A DNA stretch of 64,000 nt from the NCBI RefSeq assembly GCF_006345805.1, contig NC_043006.1:5022001-5086000 (forward strand), given 5' to 3'. Below are positions 13,230 through 26,978 of the stretch, in pieces (within the stretch, counting starts at the first letter, position 1; every line of letters begins with the position of its first letter). The position numbers and the translations under genes were made by a program. Source of the DNA: Octopus sinensis. Its lineage: Eukaryota. A model generated the notes under the pieces. That model did not search any database and had not been told where the DNA came from. It was given only the letters and a program-made list of their open reading frames with translations.

Positions 13230-14750
13230 ATGAAAATTTGTATACGTGTGTATAAAATTATACACGAAGGGAAAAACCACCACGTGGTCTTCCTACATGC
13301 TGAAAAGAGATGTCATATTCCCAAACTACGAAAAAACATTCTTACTTACGCACGTTAAATATAGGCGGACAGGACAATTTGAAAGAACTAAAAAGACCCG
13401 TTATTTCTATTCTCCGAAGTTCCACCATTAATGATTAAATATTTATTTTTAATAATATTTACCTTTTATATTTATATTTAAATATTTTAGTTCTTGTGTC
13501 ACATAATTCACTGCTTCTTTATTCGGGCTTGGCATGTTGCTTGAGGACATTTGAATTGAATTCACGATGCGTAACGATAACATTCGATATGCATGTGTCC
13601 CCTTTGTGATACAGTATGTATTCGAGTTTTACAATTATATGTCCCCAACAGTTTCTACTGACGATCCACAGATGATTGAAACGAAAAATTATAAAACTCG
13701 AATACATACCGTATCACAAAGGAGATACGTGCATATCGAATGTTATCGTTAGACATAGTGAATTCAATTCAAATTTCCTCAAGCAACGTGCCAAGCCAGA
13801 ATAAAACAGCAGTGAATGAAAATTCAGCAGTGAATATAATTCTGACCCAAGAATTAAAATATTTAAATATAAATATAAGGGGTAAAAATTATTAAAAATA
13901 ATAATTTTGACCAGTGGCCAGTATATGTAAAAAAAAATACCCATAGACCATGAATATCTTTTATAATATATATGTGTGTATAAAATTATACACGAAGTGA
14001 AGAACCACTAAATGGTCTTCCTACATGCTGAAAAGAGATGTCAAATCTGCAAACCACAAAAATATATTTGTTTTATGCACGTTGAATGTAGGCAGGACAA
14101 TTTGAAACAATTAAAAGGAGCAGTTATTTCTATACTTCAAAGTTTCACCATTAACGATTAAATAAATAAATTAATTAGCTAATTAATCAATGAATCAATC
14201 ATCTATGGATCTTCAATAGAAACTGCTGCGGACCGAATACATACCGTATCACAATGGAGACGTATAAATATCGAATGTTGTCGTTATACATCGTGAATTC
14301 AATTCAAATGTTCTCAAGCCAGAATAAAGCAGCAGTGAATTACCTGACCCAAGAATTAAAATATTCAAATATAAATACAAAGGGTAAAAATAATTTAAAA
14401 TAATAATTTTGACCAGCGGCCAGCATATGTAACGTCCATAGACCATAAATATTTAATCATTAATGGTGAAACTTCGGAAAATAGAAATAACTGGTCTTTT
14501 TTATTCTTTCAAATTCAACGTGCATAAATAAAAATGTTTTTTCGTGGTTTGGGGATCTCTTTTCAGCATGTAAGAAGACCGATAGGTCACTCTTCGTTTC
14601 GTGTATAATTTTATACACACGTATATATTATAAAAATATTTATGGTCTACGGACATTTTTGTAACACATGCTGCCACTGGTATAAATTATTATTTTTTTA
14701 CTAATTTTCATCCTTTATATTTATAGGAAAATTTGCATTTATATTTGTAA
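13230..14750. repeat. Nested tandem + inverted repeat complex of two ~200-bp modules (A, B)
   Basis: A+ 13230-13440, B- 13440-13637, B+ 13690-13960, A+ 13960-14165, B+ 14235-14450, A- 14455-14640, partial B- to ~14750. Confidence 0.85.
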
Positions 14751-15169
14751 CTATGTATGTATACATATGACCAGTTAATTTTCAAAAGTGTACGTTATGA
14801 GGAATATGGAATTATATTGCAACCTGTGTCTTTTCTGCCTGTGGTTCTAAAAATATCTGTTATTATAAAAAGATTGTGTCTCAGATCACTATCAGTTAAC
14901 GTTCTGATTGATTGGTTGAAGATGGCCAGGTTAAATTTATCTCTCTGTCTACCCAACTATTTAACTAAAGTAACTTTCTTTCATTCAAATACTTCCATCA
15001 AATATTAGTTAGGGACACCGATCGATTTCTACTTCTCTCTCTTAGCAAAATATTCTCTAATGTAATTATTGCAATTAACAGACCGTTAACTCCTTGGCAG
15101 TGAGGAGATTTAACTAAATTCAAAATAGCAAATTCTGCCTACTAATATTATGGACATTATTCAGGCGAT

Positions 15170-15370
15170 GTGCTGGCAGGGTCGTTAGCACGCCGGGCTA
15201 AATCCTTAGCGACATTTCGTATTCATGTTGAGCACACATTCCGTCGAGGTCGACTGTCTTTCAGCTTTTCAGGGTCGTTAAAGTAAGAACCAGTTAAGCG
15301 TTGGGGGTCAAGGCAATCGACTTAACCCTCTCACGAGATTGCTGGCTTTGTGCCAGAATTGGAAACCAAT
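15170..15370 (+). mobile_element. Degenerate SINE family B
   Basis: CTGGCAG..CGTTAGCACGCCGGGC...GAGGTCGACT matches the 57585 copy. Confidence 0.75.
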
Positions 15371-15545
15371 ATCATTGACATTATAGTCAAAATCCAGTTA
15401 AATATATATCATAATGATTATATGATGTACTTCATCGCATTTCACCAACGAGAAAGATTCCAACGAAAAAGATATTTCTTTCTGTTGCATTCACTCGTTT
15501 ATAATCCATTTCCTACATGAAAAGATACATCATTACAAATATTTC

Positions 15546-15950
15546 GGATCTTTTCGGTTTGATCGGCAGTTTTTAACATAATTTCTAGGTAACGAAAACA
15601 TTTTAAACTTCGTATCCTGGTAGAATGTGTTTATAAAACATCTTTTTTCTCTTGGCTTTATTGAGAAAATTCTATAGTTTGTAAGATATTTGCTTTTTTT
15701 TCTTCAATTTATGCAATTTCAACCAATCACTGACGTCTATTGAGGTAAAGAAACATTCTGTGCCGTATGAATATGTCCCTCGTTTAAGAAATAGATTGGG
15801 CTTATTTACATTTGTGAAGAAAAAAAGCTACCCTTCCTCCCACCCCTAACCCAAATTGAAATGCAATAGATCGATACTAGGGTCATAATTACAGGTGACA
15901 ATTTCATATGACATCGCTAGAAAAAACTGCCGTTCAAACCGAAAAGATCC
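15546..15950. mobile_element. MITE with 29-bp TIRs and 8-bp TSD (Merlin- or hAT-type)
   Basis: TIR GGATCTTTTCGGTTTGA(T/A)CGGCAGTTTTT. TSD AATATTTC at 15538-15545 and 15951-15958. Confidence 0.9.
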
Positions 15951-17749
15951 AATATTTCCTACAATATACAATGAAGTACCCCTCACCTATAAATGAATTA
16001 AGAGCTAAATTTCTTGAAATTTTAACCACAAAATATATATCATTATTGAAATGCAATATTAACTTATTCTTTACATAATTCAACTTATTCATATACTAAA
16101 CACCAATAGATAAATACGGCAAATCTTATTAACGAATAGAAAAGAAATATACAAACGAAGGCGATTTTTGGAAGAGATCAATATTCAATCACAAACACAC
16201 TTCAGCTACAATCTTTCTTTTCTTCGACAGTAATTGTAACGGCTGACTTTGAAGGGGTTCGTTTCATACTTTATTCATCTCGGCTCAACTGGCCTGTACA
16301 GATAACGTAGGAACATCACAAATAGGTTACAACTGAGGAGTTATTGAACCCATTATAAGAGCTGCATTTGATTAGACCTATGTACACTCATTAAACTATG
16401 TGTTCGGTTGGATGATTTTTTTTTAATGAATAAATATGATTGCATTACACACACACACTCACACACACATACGCACACATTGAAATTGTCATCACTATAC
16501 GAGTGGATGTATGTTTGTGTACGCGTGTGTATCGGTTGGATGTGTGTTTTCTTTTAATAAATAAATGTGATTGCACGCACGGACTCATGCACGCGCTCAC
16601 ACACACACCTAACACACCTACACACATTAGAATTGTCGTCACTATACGGGTGGATAAATGCGTGTGTTGCATCTCTTTCAATATTTGCCAGGTGTCAGGT
16701 ATGAACTCGTTAAAGCAAGTACACTTTAATCGCCACCTAGATCCACTTCTCCAACCTTTATGGGATGAGTCCCACCTGGCTCTCCGCATAGCCTTTACCA
16801 ATAGAAGCAGCTGTAAAAAAAATGTGCTATACCATGGAATGTATATATGTAAATATAAGAAGCTTGTCTTCTATTTATTTTGCTTCACTTTGTGTTTGTA
16901 AAACTGTGCGGTAGCATTTGCACTCCGCACCGCTCTACTCTACACAGCAGCGTAGTGGGTGGTCTTTGCAAAACAAACTATATAGATAGGGCGGACAAGC
17001 AGACAAGCAGGCAGACAACACACACACACACACAAACTCACGCACTCACGCACAGTGCGTGCTTGGCTTCTCCAGTAATCTTGCGACCTTGTAAAATCTT
17101 TTGTCTTTTTGTATATTGTTGACTCCTTTCCGCGTTACGTGTTTGTGGGGGGCTACGGTAATCATCAGGGAGAGGAGTTGCCGAGGGATTCGTATTGTTG
17201 AAATTATTTGACAAGAGGCGCTACTGCAACGTGTGTCTACGAGGGTGTTTGTTTACGATTTGTAGCTGCGGTATCTAGTTTAGCTCCCTAACTGACAGCG
17301 TAGCCATGGGGGTTCTAAGAAAAGAGGAAGAACGCTTTTTTGTCAGTTTTTATCAGTTGGTCTATATTATTCGAGGTATAAACTGATGCCATCAGCCCCA
17401 TTTCCATAAATTTCGAGATATGTGTGCTCCACTATTTTCTATTTTGCCGCACATATGTTACATCTTCAGAACAATTCTTTCCTTATTCTGAAAGTATGCC
17501 TTGATTTTATCACACCACTTTTATTCTACAGCATCGTTTAAGCAAAAAAAAAAAAAAAAAAAAAAAAGTTTAAGCGTACCTTACATCCTCTTAGATATTT
17601 ATTTTAAAAGGAGGGTAAACTTCAAGATACATGCAATATACTATTAGAGAACACAGCTCACTTCCTTCATCACCACAAAATATAGTTTAAAAAAAAAGAC
17701 ATGCCGTCTTAGTTCACAACATACTGATTTGCTGAAACATTTTAATAAA

Positions 17750-19720
17750 TTAACCCTTGGTCTACCAGAGAGAATGTCTGTCATTAATTACCAACTGGAT
17801 CCAATGGATTCAATATTTTTCTTTTTATTAAATTTTATTGAAACTACCATTACATTTTAGCTACATTATATATGCTATCAGGTGAATGAAGAATTACTTT
17901 TTCTCACTAATTTTAATAAAAGAAATATATGACCATTCCTAAATACAACAAAAGAAATATAGCTGACAGAATATATTATAAATTTCAAAATTACAAAAAT
18001 ACAGAATTACAGCTCTTCAAGGTAGTGAATGCAGACAACATTGGAATGTTCTTGGCAAACATGGATATTACAATTCTTACATGTAGTACGAGTTTTCCTT
18101 GTCTTTTTTGGGGCCACCAAAAAAACATCTTCCTTTTTTCTTTGGTTGTGAAATCTCAAAAGAGGTTGAAGATCGTCTTCTTTTCTTGTTTGGTTGAAGA
18201 ATGTTAGCGGAACTAGAAGATTGTTTGTCATGTTCTTGTCTAGCATTAACTCCAACAAGTTCCTTTCCTAACTGAATTAGGCATTGTCTTCTTTTATCCT
18301 TGAAACTTTGCAAGTGAAGCTGTTTAGAGAAAATGAAAGCATTCACTGCACTTATAACAATCATCTAGAATATAACCATAGGCCATCTTCGAGTCATTCT
18401 TCAGCAAGTGTATGTCCTTACCATCTTATCTGGGGTATCTATTCCTCCTTTTGTTTTGCTGTAACATATAATAACTTTAGGTTTCTTTTCAGCATTTTTT
18501 GAATCAATTGAAGGCTGAGAGTGCATTGTACTCATAAGTGTGAATACATAATTTTTCTTGGAACAATAAGATAGGATCATAGAATCCTCTGGAAATCCAA
18601 ATATTGTGCTGTTGATTTCTCTTTCTTTTCCATTTGCGAAAGTACTTGGAAGTTCAACACTGTTCCTTCTCATTCTTCCAACTAAAACAGTTTTCTTGCT
18701 AAGCATCTTTCAAGCCAATCCTAGACTTGTAAAATATTGTCACAAGTTATATTGCAATCAGTATTTTTAAGTTCTTTTCCTAGGTCTTCAACAACTTTTG
18801 AACCTTGATTTGTCTCTCTCCCTTTACTGGGTGTTTTCCAGTGTAGATTTGCATTTTCCAGGCATAAGATGTTTCACTGTCGCATATTGCTCAAATTTTA
18901 ATTCCATATTTCCCTGGTTTTGAAGGAATATATACCCGGAATGGGCAGCGCCCTCTGAATGAAACAAACTGCTCATCAACTGTCATGCATGAACTTGGAG
19001 CATATCCATCTTTCAAATTCTGATTCTACATTTCAAATACTTCTCTTATAGGCTCCAACGTATCATCACTTCTCTTTTTTCTTCTTGCACTAGCATCCTC
19101 AAAACGCAATACGCATAAAATATGTTGAAATCTTTCCCGGCTCATAATTTTGTTGAATATTGGGCGGCCATCTTCTTGACTCCATAACTGTGTGACATTT
19201 TCATGTTTAGATTTATAAACACCTATAAGAATAATCAGTCCAATAAATTTCTTTACTTCAGAATGATCAATTTCCTTCCATTTATATTAGCAAACAACCT
19301 GACCTTCAGCATTTGTCAATTTACGAATTACTTCAAGAAGATTCTGGTACATAAAGATAGTAAAACAGGTTTCAATGCTATCGCAAGACCTTTTAGCGAA
19401 ACAGGATGGTCCACATTCTTGGCGCACAATATTGCCAAATGAAGTTCTTACTGCTGCTTGAGTAAGAGGATTAGGATGCCAAACTTCTAGTCTGTCTCTA
19501 GAAACATATTGCTCATTCATAACTGAGTGGCTTGCAGATAATTGTTTTTGAGTATTTTCATCCTCTGATGACGCAGAACCTAAACTGTCCAGCACAAACC
19601 ACTTTCACCATCATCTTCAGAGCAATAGAAGGAATCACTTCTATCTTCTTCCCATTCTTCATCTAATTCGAATAACCTTTTCGATATTTGGTCTTCACGC
19701 AAATTTTTACGTCTAGGCAT
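17750..19720 (-). mobile_element. Degenerate piggyBac transposon (PGBD4-like transposase pseudogene)
   Basis: TTAA-CCCTT terminus at 17750-17758. ATG at 19720. Motifs VLVGRMRRNSVELP, TLMSTMH, YSKTKGGIDTPD and C-terminal CKNC..VCQEH. Multiple frameshifts. Other TIR not found. Confidence 0.88.
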
Positions 19721-20378
19721 ATTCACGAAAATATTTGGCAGAATGTCACCTGATGAAATTAAGTAGTTATGTAATAATGCGAATTATGCAATGCAATCCT
19801 ATACAGACTTCGTATTTGGGAATAAACCACGCTATTAAAACGCATGTTGTGTTGTCTTAAACTATCCATCCGTATTTGTTTACTTAAAGATACGCCGTAT
19901 CATATATACATTTGATATATATACATATTTCTAAGATATCTGAAACCAATATATAACTGGAATCATCTGGAATACTTTATTTCAGAGTAATCTGTATAGC
20001 CAAAGATATGCAGAAGTGCTTCTTAGTCAATTTATGAAGAACTATTTGATCCCATCTCAGAGTGAATCATATACACGGCACCGATGAACTGAAGTAATGG
20101 CAAAATATCGATATCTGTCGTTCCTGTTTCCCTTCGAGGAGTTTCGATTTCCTTGGCTTTGAAGTAATGGTAATGTGTGTTTTTAACACTATCTCTTCAA
20201 AGGGACTTACCCTAAACGAAATACCACAGCCAAAAACCGTTTAAGCATACAAACAATAAGGATGTACCATCGATAATGTTTAGACTATAGAGTTGCTCCT
20301 AACTAAAAATGTGTTTTCTTTTACTTGCGGGGCGTTGTTGCACAGCAACACATAGACTTTACGTTACCGGTATTACTT

Positions 20379-20589
20379 GAGCTGGCAGAAACGTTAGCAC
20401 GCCGGGCGAAATGCGTAGCCGTATTTCGTCTGCCGTTACGTTCTGAGTTCAAATTCCGCCGAGGTCGACTTTCGGGGTCGATTAAATAAGTACCAGTTAC
20501 GCATTGGGGTCGATATAATCGACTTAATCCGTTTGTCTGTCCTTGTTTGTCCTCTCTGTGTATAACCCCTTGTGGGTAGTAAAGAAATA
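20379..20589 (+). mobile_element. SINE family B with 10-bp TSD
   Basis: Full head-to-tail match. TSD GGTATTACTT at 20369-20378 and 20590-20599. Confidence 0.92.
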
Positions 20590-20726
20590 GGTATTACTTC
20601 GGACCGTCAAGCTTTGAGCTATACAGTCTAGTTTTTTTCTTCCTTTTTTTTTTAGCACTCTACGTCTTTAAAAGGACTTCTCTTGATGATATACTGCAGT
20701 CAAAAAGTATGTAATATTGGTAATAT

Positions 20727-20764
<38 letters not shown>

Positions 20765-20929
20765 GCTTTCATTCAGCCATCTGCCTATTTCGTAATGTTG
20801 ATCCGTTAGTTAATCCCTACAAAAAATCTTTTCTCTCTCCGTTTATTTTTCAATCTCCTTCCTTTCTTTTTCCTCTTAATCCTTTTTGTCGAAAGGCGTA
20901 GAATCGAATCGTAAAAGACTTTTCCATCA

Positions 20930-21010
20930 TCCCCGAACGTTAAACTAATACACCTGCTTGTTGTTCCAACACCTGTCTTCGTCTTTTGTTTTCTGTACAT
21001 TTGAACACTA
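20930..21010 (+). repeat. Dispersed repeat shared with 55228-55310 (class unknown)
   Basis: CGTTAAACTAATA..CCTG.TTG.TGTT...ACACC.GTCTTCGTCTTTTGTT in both places. Confidence 0.7.
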
Positions 21011-21254
21011 TACATACATAAACACATGTGTCCATGTGTATGTTTACGCGCGCGCACGTATGAATGTACATGTATGTATTGACTAACTGAGGTTTGAACT
21101 CACGTCTGACTAAATAAAACGTAACACTTCACACGTAAGCTACTCTTATAATCAGTATTTTTACGGGGCAATGGAATGGGGAAGTAATTAAGTTGATTAC
21201 GTGCCAAGTGTGAAGTAAAGGTACAGGTGAAGATTTCTGGTAAAATGTCTTCTT

Positions 21255-21640
21255 CCCAACCCCATGGTTTGGAGTTCTGTCCCATTGCGTGGCATCTTGG
21301 TTAAGTGTCTTTTACTTTAGCCCCGGGCGGATCACAGCCTTGCTAGTATATCTGGTAGACAGATACCGAAAGAAGCCCGTCGTATATATGTGTGCATAAA
21401 TGTATATGTGTGTATAAATGTATATGTGTGTATGTGTGTCTTTATGTTTTTCTCTGTATCCCGTCCCCGCTTGGCAATCGGTATCGGTTTCTTTACACCC
21501 CAGTAACCTAGCGGTTCGGGCTAAGAAACCGACAGAATAAGCACTAGGCTTTAAAAAGTAAATACTAGGGTCGATTTGATATACTGTCAAGTGGTACCCC
21601 AGTATGACCGCATGCCAATGACCAAAAAGTAAAAGATAAA
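21255..21640 (+). mobile_element. Degenerate SINE family A
   Basis: Diverged match along the whole consensus. Confidence 0.75.
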
Positions 21641-21924
21641 GTACATTGCGCTTTTCCTGCTAGATTGTGAGTTAAACTTTTTGGTCTAATCAAAGAATGT
21701 GTATTCCGGTTCAAGCGGGGCGAGCAAATGACATCCGCATGTAGTAAATTAACTAATAGAACAACGAAATGAGAAAATCTCTCCTCGATTCTTCAAAAAT
21801 TTTCGGTTCCAAATTCCAAGAATGTTAGCAAAATCTGCAGACACTTGAAGGCTGAACAGAGTACAGCAGCTGAAATATTGTTTTAGAGTATACTTGTTCG
21901 AATACATTGGTATGTATTGGCTTC

Positions 21925-22275
21925 AAGGCCAGCAATTTCGGAGGTGGCGGGAATAAGTCGATTACATTGATCCAAGTGCTCAACTGGTACTAATTTTATC
22001 GACCCTGAAAGGATGAAAGGCAAAGTCAACCCCCCGGCGGCATTTGAGCAATAGATTATTATTGGTTTCAAATTTTAGCACCAGGCCTGTGATTTCCAGG
22101 GAGGGGTTAAGTCGATTACTTTGATGCTAGTGCTCAACTGGTATTAATTTCATCGACCCTGAAAGAATGAAAGGCAAAGTCGAAATCGGCGGAATTTGAA
22201 CTCAGAATGGGAAGACGGACGAAATGTTGCTAAGCATTTTGCCCGGCGTGCTAACGATTCTGCCAGCTCGCTGCC
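21925..22275 (-). mobile_element. Two adjacent SINE family B pieces
   Basis: TCGACCCTGAAAG.ATGAAAGGCAAAGTC occurs twice. Head CGGCGTGCTAACG..CTGCCAGCTCG at ~22245-22270. Confidence 0.8.
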
Positions 22276-23787
22276 TTTATATCAGTATACATTCATTCTT
22301 TCTAACAAGAGACGAGGCTAGAAATTTGAGGTGTGTGGGTAGGGGGGGTTTAATTCTTTAAATCGAACCCAAATAGCACATACTACTTTTTATAGAGACT
22401 GGAAAGATGACAGGCAATGTGGATCTTGGCGGGAATTGAACTCAAAACGTAAAGAGTCGGAATAAATACAGTGAAGTACTTCATCCGACTCTCTAACACT
22501 TCTGCTATTAAATTACTCTTATATTATAATTATTATTTCTTCTCTCAGAAATTCAGACCAAAATTAACGAACCTCTTTTCGAAATACGTCCGAGAATCAT
22601 GATTTTATGTTGTCTCGTGAAGTATAAATCCCACCTAACATTCCATTCTTTTTATTAATATTATTTTATTTTATTTACTTTTTTTTCGGCTTTGTTTATA
22701 TTTCAAAGTTGACTTGGAATTAAATGACTTTGGACTTTGTTTAATACTTCTGTAACTTGAAGTCACTCATAGCCATTTACTTTTTCCATCCATTGAAAGA
22801 AAGAAAAAAAAATTTAATCAGTAGATTTTAATGTCTTTTCGTTTCTTATACTGACTTTTGGTTTTAATATAATTTTATGCTCATTGTTTTGTTATGTTTT
22901 AGCTTTTCTTGCTATAAATTTTTCTCGACGATCCACTTCCCTCCCCAAAGCAGATTTTTCTTTTACAAACTGATCTAGTAGTAAAGCTTAAAATGCAAAT
23001 TCTAATTATGTTGGAACTAAAGAATTCTTAATTTCCTAGATTAGACCTTAACCTCTAATGATTAGATTTCTTTGGATTTTCTTCTCATTTTCTTTTTTTT
23101 ACCTAACACCTGCGTTGTTGAAGTATCAAGTGTACGTTCTACGCTTCATACAGTCCCATCCCTATCTCTCAGGTCTATGGTGTAGCAAGCTTCGACTCAT
23201 GAGAGAACTAACACTGTTGTATGTGATGATATGCACAGCACAACTGTCCCGTAAAAATGAGGTCAACTAGACGATGCTAGATACTTGTGCTGACGCCTAC
23301 TTCTTTTCATTTAACTTTCATGTATAATATTGCTCCAAAACTCTTGCAGAACTTGAAAGGGAATTCGAAACGTCTGATCTCTTGAGGTTTAACGTCACCC
23401 AGACTAAGCAGGAGGTCACCAACTTCTTTTGTTTCGCTTCTTCATAGCTTCAAACGTTAACTTGCACAAGTTAGGTTAGCATGACGTAACAACAGATCAG
23501 TCTAGAAATAAAAAAGAACAAAAGGGATGTTTTGTGGAGTTAAAGGAAAACTATATCACATACGATTCTAGACATCTTTCTTCTCTAAGTCTGAATCTGT
23601 TATTAAGAGAATATAGTATCGCTGTAAAGATTTTTCTAATTTGGAAAGCGAAAATATGCCCCAAATGGCCACAATATTAAGAATTTAAAACAATTATTTT
23701 TGCATTTTTATAACGCGAATCGATATGGTTTAACGTTTATCGCACATTTTTCAAATTCGTCTGATTTTTTTGCCCGATATAAATATT

Positions 23788-23845
<58 letters not shown>

Positions 23846-23985
23846 CATTTATGAATTTGTGCTGCAAGATTCCTGATGCGAAACTGTGTATTGAAACATG
23901 TTATATTTTGGGACGGTCATTTTTTTTTTATTTAAACACGCGTATTATATACTCGTTCTTCACTCGTTTATTACTGTTCTTATCG

Positions 23986-24126
23986 TAACTGATGTCCATT
24001 GTCCGGAAATCTTTCATCACACATCTGTCACCATCTCAGTGACACTTTCCATTGGACTAAGCGAGACAGGAGTATACATGACGACAGGTGTGTGACAAAA
24101 GATTTTCGGACAACGGACATCAGTTA
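23986..24126. mobile_element. 141-bp MITE with ~45-bp imperfect TIRs
   Basis: TAACTGATGTCC(A/G)TTGTCCG.AAATCTTT..TCACAC and its reverse complement. Confidence 0.8.
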
Positions 24127-24226
24127 AGTACAGTAATAAACGATTGAAGCATGGATATATAGTGCGTGTGTTTATTTGGTAAAAAAGAAAAAGACCATCC
24201 TGAAATATAACAATATATATATATAA

Positions 24227-24647
24227 AACTTATAAAATAAGGGCAAAAGAAAAATTCTAATGCCAAATATGCCGCAAAAAAGACAAAATTGTCAATAACC
24301 ATTATAGTTTATGCGTCTCAAAACAAGCCGATAGAAATTCCTAAAAAATCCGTTATTACCGTATTGGTCCCAATTTCGGGGTTAATTCATAAGAAGCAAG
24401 CACTAAGCTTGCTTTTTCCATGGGTATGAGTAAGTATTTCATTTATGTCTTACGTATTTATCGCTAACGAGGGGAAAATTCTTATGAATTAACCCCGAAA
24501 TTGGGACCAATACGGTAATAACGGATTTTTTAGAAATTTCTATCGGCTTGTTTCGAGACGCATAAATTATAATGGTTATTGACAATTTTGTCTTTTTTTC
24601 GGCATATTTGGCATTAGAATTTTTCTTTTGCCCTTATTTTATAAGTT
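24227..24647. mobile_element. Foldback element with 169-bp near-perfect inverted arms and 83-bp spacer
   Basis: Arms 24227-24395 and 24479-24647, only a handful of mismatches. Confidence 0.92.
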
Positions 24648-25224
24648 ATTTATAAATTTAACCTTTGAAAGTATTTTTTGATATGCTGGCCATTGATAAA
24701 AAATTTTTTCGTTATATATATATATATATATATATATACCCAAAAATTAATTTGTGAAGGTGTCATTAATTCTATTATTATCTAATGTAACTATTTTAAA
24801 GATAATAACAGAATCAATGACACAGGCGATAGCAGGTCAAAAAATAGCATTAAATAGCCGAGGGATTAAAATTAATCAAAGGACATACTAAGTATGTCTA
24901 CCTGCTTGAAATTACAGCCAAAACTCTTATTAAATCGCCAAAAATACACTGATGAAAACTACAGAAATCAAACGAAGGCAAAATCAGGTTAAGACAATCT
25001 ACTAACATACATTTAAGTATTTGGACTCACGTGGACCGGTTTCTGCAATGGTAAAATAAAACCTTAGCTTCTTCAGCAAGCGCTACCATGATTAGAGATT
25101 CCCAACCCATCGTCTTGAAGTCTGTGCTGCAACTAATTCGTTTCACGTCGAAATCACAACAGCCACCAGTGTAAAATAATCTCGATACAATTTACGAGAA
25201 TAATAATAAATCATATTTTTGCAA

Positions 25225-25590
25225 ATAATACTAAAATAATTTCAGAAAGCGCAAACCTCCGCCAAGGCAACATCAGCGTCCTCTCAACGATTAGCCAGAG
25301 ATGATTTTTAAAATGAAAATATCTGAAATAAGTTCGACTGTTCTCACAATCGAGAATACCAAACATTAAAAAGAAAAACGGAAAAATAGACCAGAACTCT
25401 TGTCCGGTATCGGATCGATACCAAAATATAATCAGTCCGTGCCAGTCACGAGGCCAAACATTCTCGAAAGTTTCATCCGAATCCATCCAGCAGTTCTTCG
25501 AGATATCTTGTCCAGAGACAAACAAGCAAACAAACAAACAAACACAACTGGAAACAATACTACCGCTAAGGCGGAGGTAATAATAATAAT
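25225..25590 (-). mobile_element. Helentron-associated non-autonomous element (HINE/DINE-1-like)
   Basis: Starts TTATTACCTCCGCC, has an internal (GTTT)n tract and the inverted subterminal CTTGGCGGAGG near the 3' end. Confidence 0.7.
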
Positions 25591-25654
25591 ATTAATTAAG
25601 GATATAAACTTGGGGCGTCCTGAGGGACGACCTAGATAGATAGATAGATATATA

Positions 25655-25951
25655 GATAAGTTTCTTTATTGGCCTCACAGGGCTGCACACAGATGGGACA
25701 AGTTACAAGGTAGAACTTTTCTTTTGGGGGATGAAAAAAAACAAAAGAATAACAAAAAAGGGTGGCGTAGGTTTTCGATCAAAAGGGATCGTAAAAGAGA
25801 AAAAAGAACAAAAAGAAAAAAGGGAAAAGGAACAAAGGAAAAGAAAAATGAAAAAAGAACAAAAAGAGGAAAAAAAGGGGAAGAGAAAAAGAAAACGATC
25901 AATAAGGATCATGTATCACAGTGTCATGATGTATGGTGTAAAGGGGAAAGC

Positions 25952-25955
<4 letters not shown>
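25655..25955 (-). mobile_element. Probable Tx1-like LINE 3' UTR fragment between (GATA)n arrays
   Basis: Pyrimidine-rich tract ending GTCCCATCTGTGTGCAGCCCTGTGAGGCCAATAAAGAAA, similar to the Tx1 copy 3 and SINE B ends. Confidence 0.55.
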
Positions 25956-25995
<40 letters not shown>

Positions 25996-26668
25996 CAAGT
26001 GAATTACCTTTGAATAAATAATGTACTCCATACAGCAAAATGTAAACAAATCAATTGTAATTGATTGTAATATGAACGAACATTTTATAAACTGTAATAC
26101 TAGCAGAGGTGATTATAAGACCAAAATTTGGTTTGATTTAAAAAGTAACGCCATAACCTTCAACTGAATACCAACGTAGGAAGCTTGTTTGAATTAGTTC
26201 ACTTTGAAAATTGCAGCAACCAGGATACATAATTGATTACGGAGCAATATGTAGTTGCTGCAGTTGGAACCATATGTTCGTCATTGCCATATATGCTGTA
26301 GAAAGCGTTATCAATAAAAAGTTTTAGATGTGAATAAATCTCCACCCTCCTCTTCGTTCTCTATATACATCCATATCTGTTAACAGTTATTTTTAATACT
26401 TTTCTTGCATCTGTGATTTTATTTTTGATCTTCTATAATATCATAAATGAAGATATTTCCTTCGTTTTGCTGCTTTTCTTACTACGAAATGAGAAGATAC
26501 ATTGCGGAACTGCTAATTTAACGAGTTGTATCCTACAAGATGCATCTGCACCGCTGGATGCTCCTGAACCAGTTGTTAAGTGTCCCACCCATGAGGGATC
26601 GATGCTACATGTGTCTAAACAGTTGTCGTGATTAATAATAAAAATTCATGTAATTTCCGTCTTTTATT

Positions 26669-26719
<51 letters not shown>

Positions 26720-26732
26720 GTATGTATGTATG

Positions 26733-26744
<12 letters not shown>

Positions 26745-26764
<20 letters not shown>

Positions 26765-26978
26765 CGTGTCTTTGTATCTGTGTTTGTCCCCATCATTGTT
26801 TGACAACCGGTGTTGGTGTGTTTATGTCCCCGTAACCTAGCGATTCGGCAAAAGAGACCGATAGAATAAGTGCTTGGGTTTTAAATAATAAGTCCTGGGG
26901 TCAGTTTGTTTGATTAAAAATCCTTCAAGCCAGTGTTCCAGCATGGCCGTAGTCAAATGGTTGAGACAAGTAAAAGAA
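26745..26978 (+). mobile_element. SINE family A 3' half
   Basis: Tail match ending GAGACAAGTAAAAGA. Confidence 0.85.

Noticed and set aside
20885-20915. Penelope-type hammerhead ribozyme
   Set aside because: CUGANGA and GAAA cores are not intact in this copy.
23335-23440. Homeodomain-like peptide LAELEREFETSDLLR
   Set aside because: No WFxNRR helix 3, no convincing splice context, short match.
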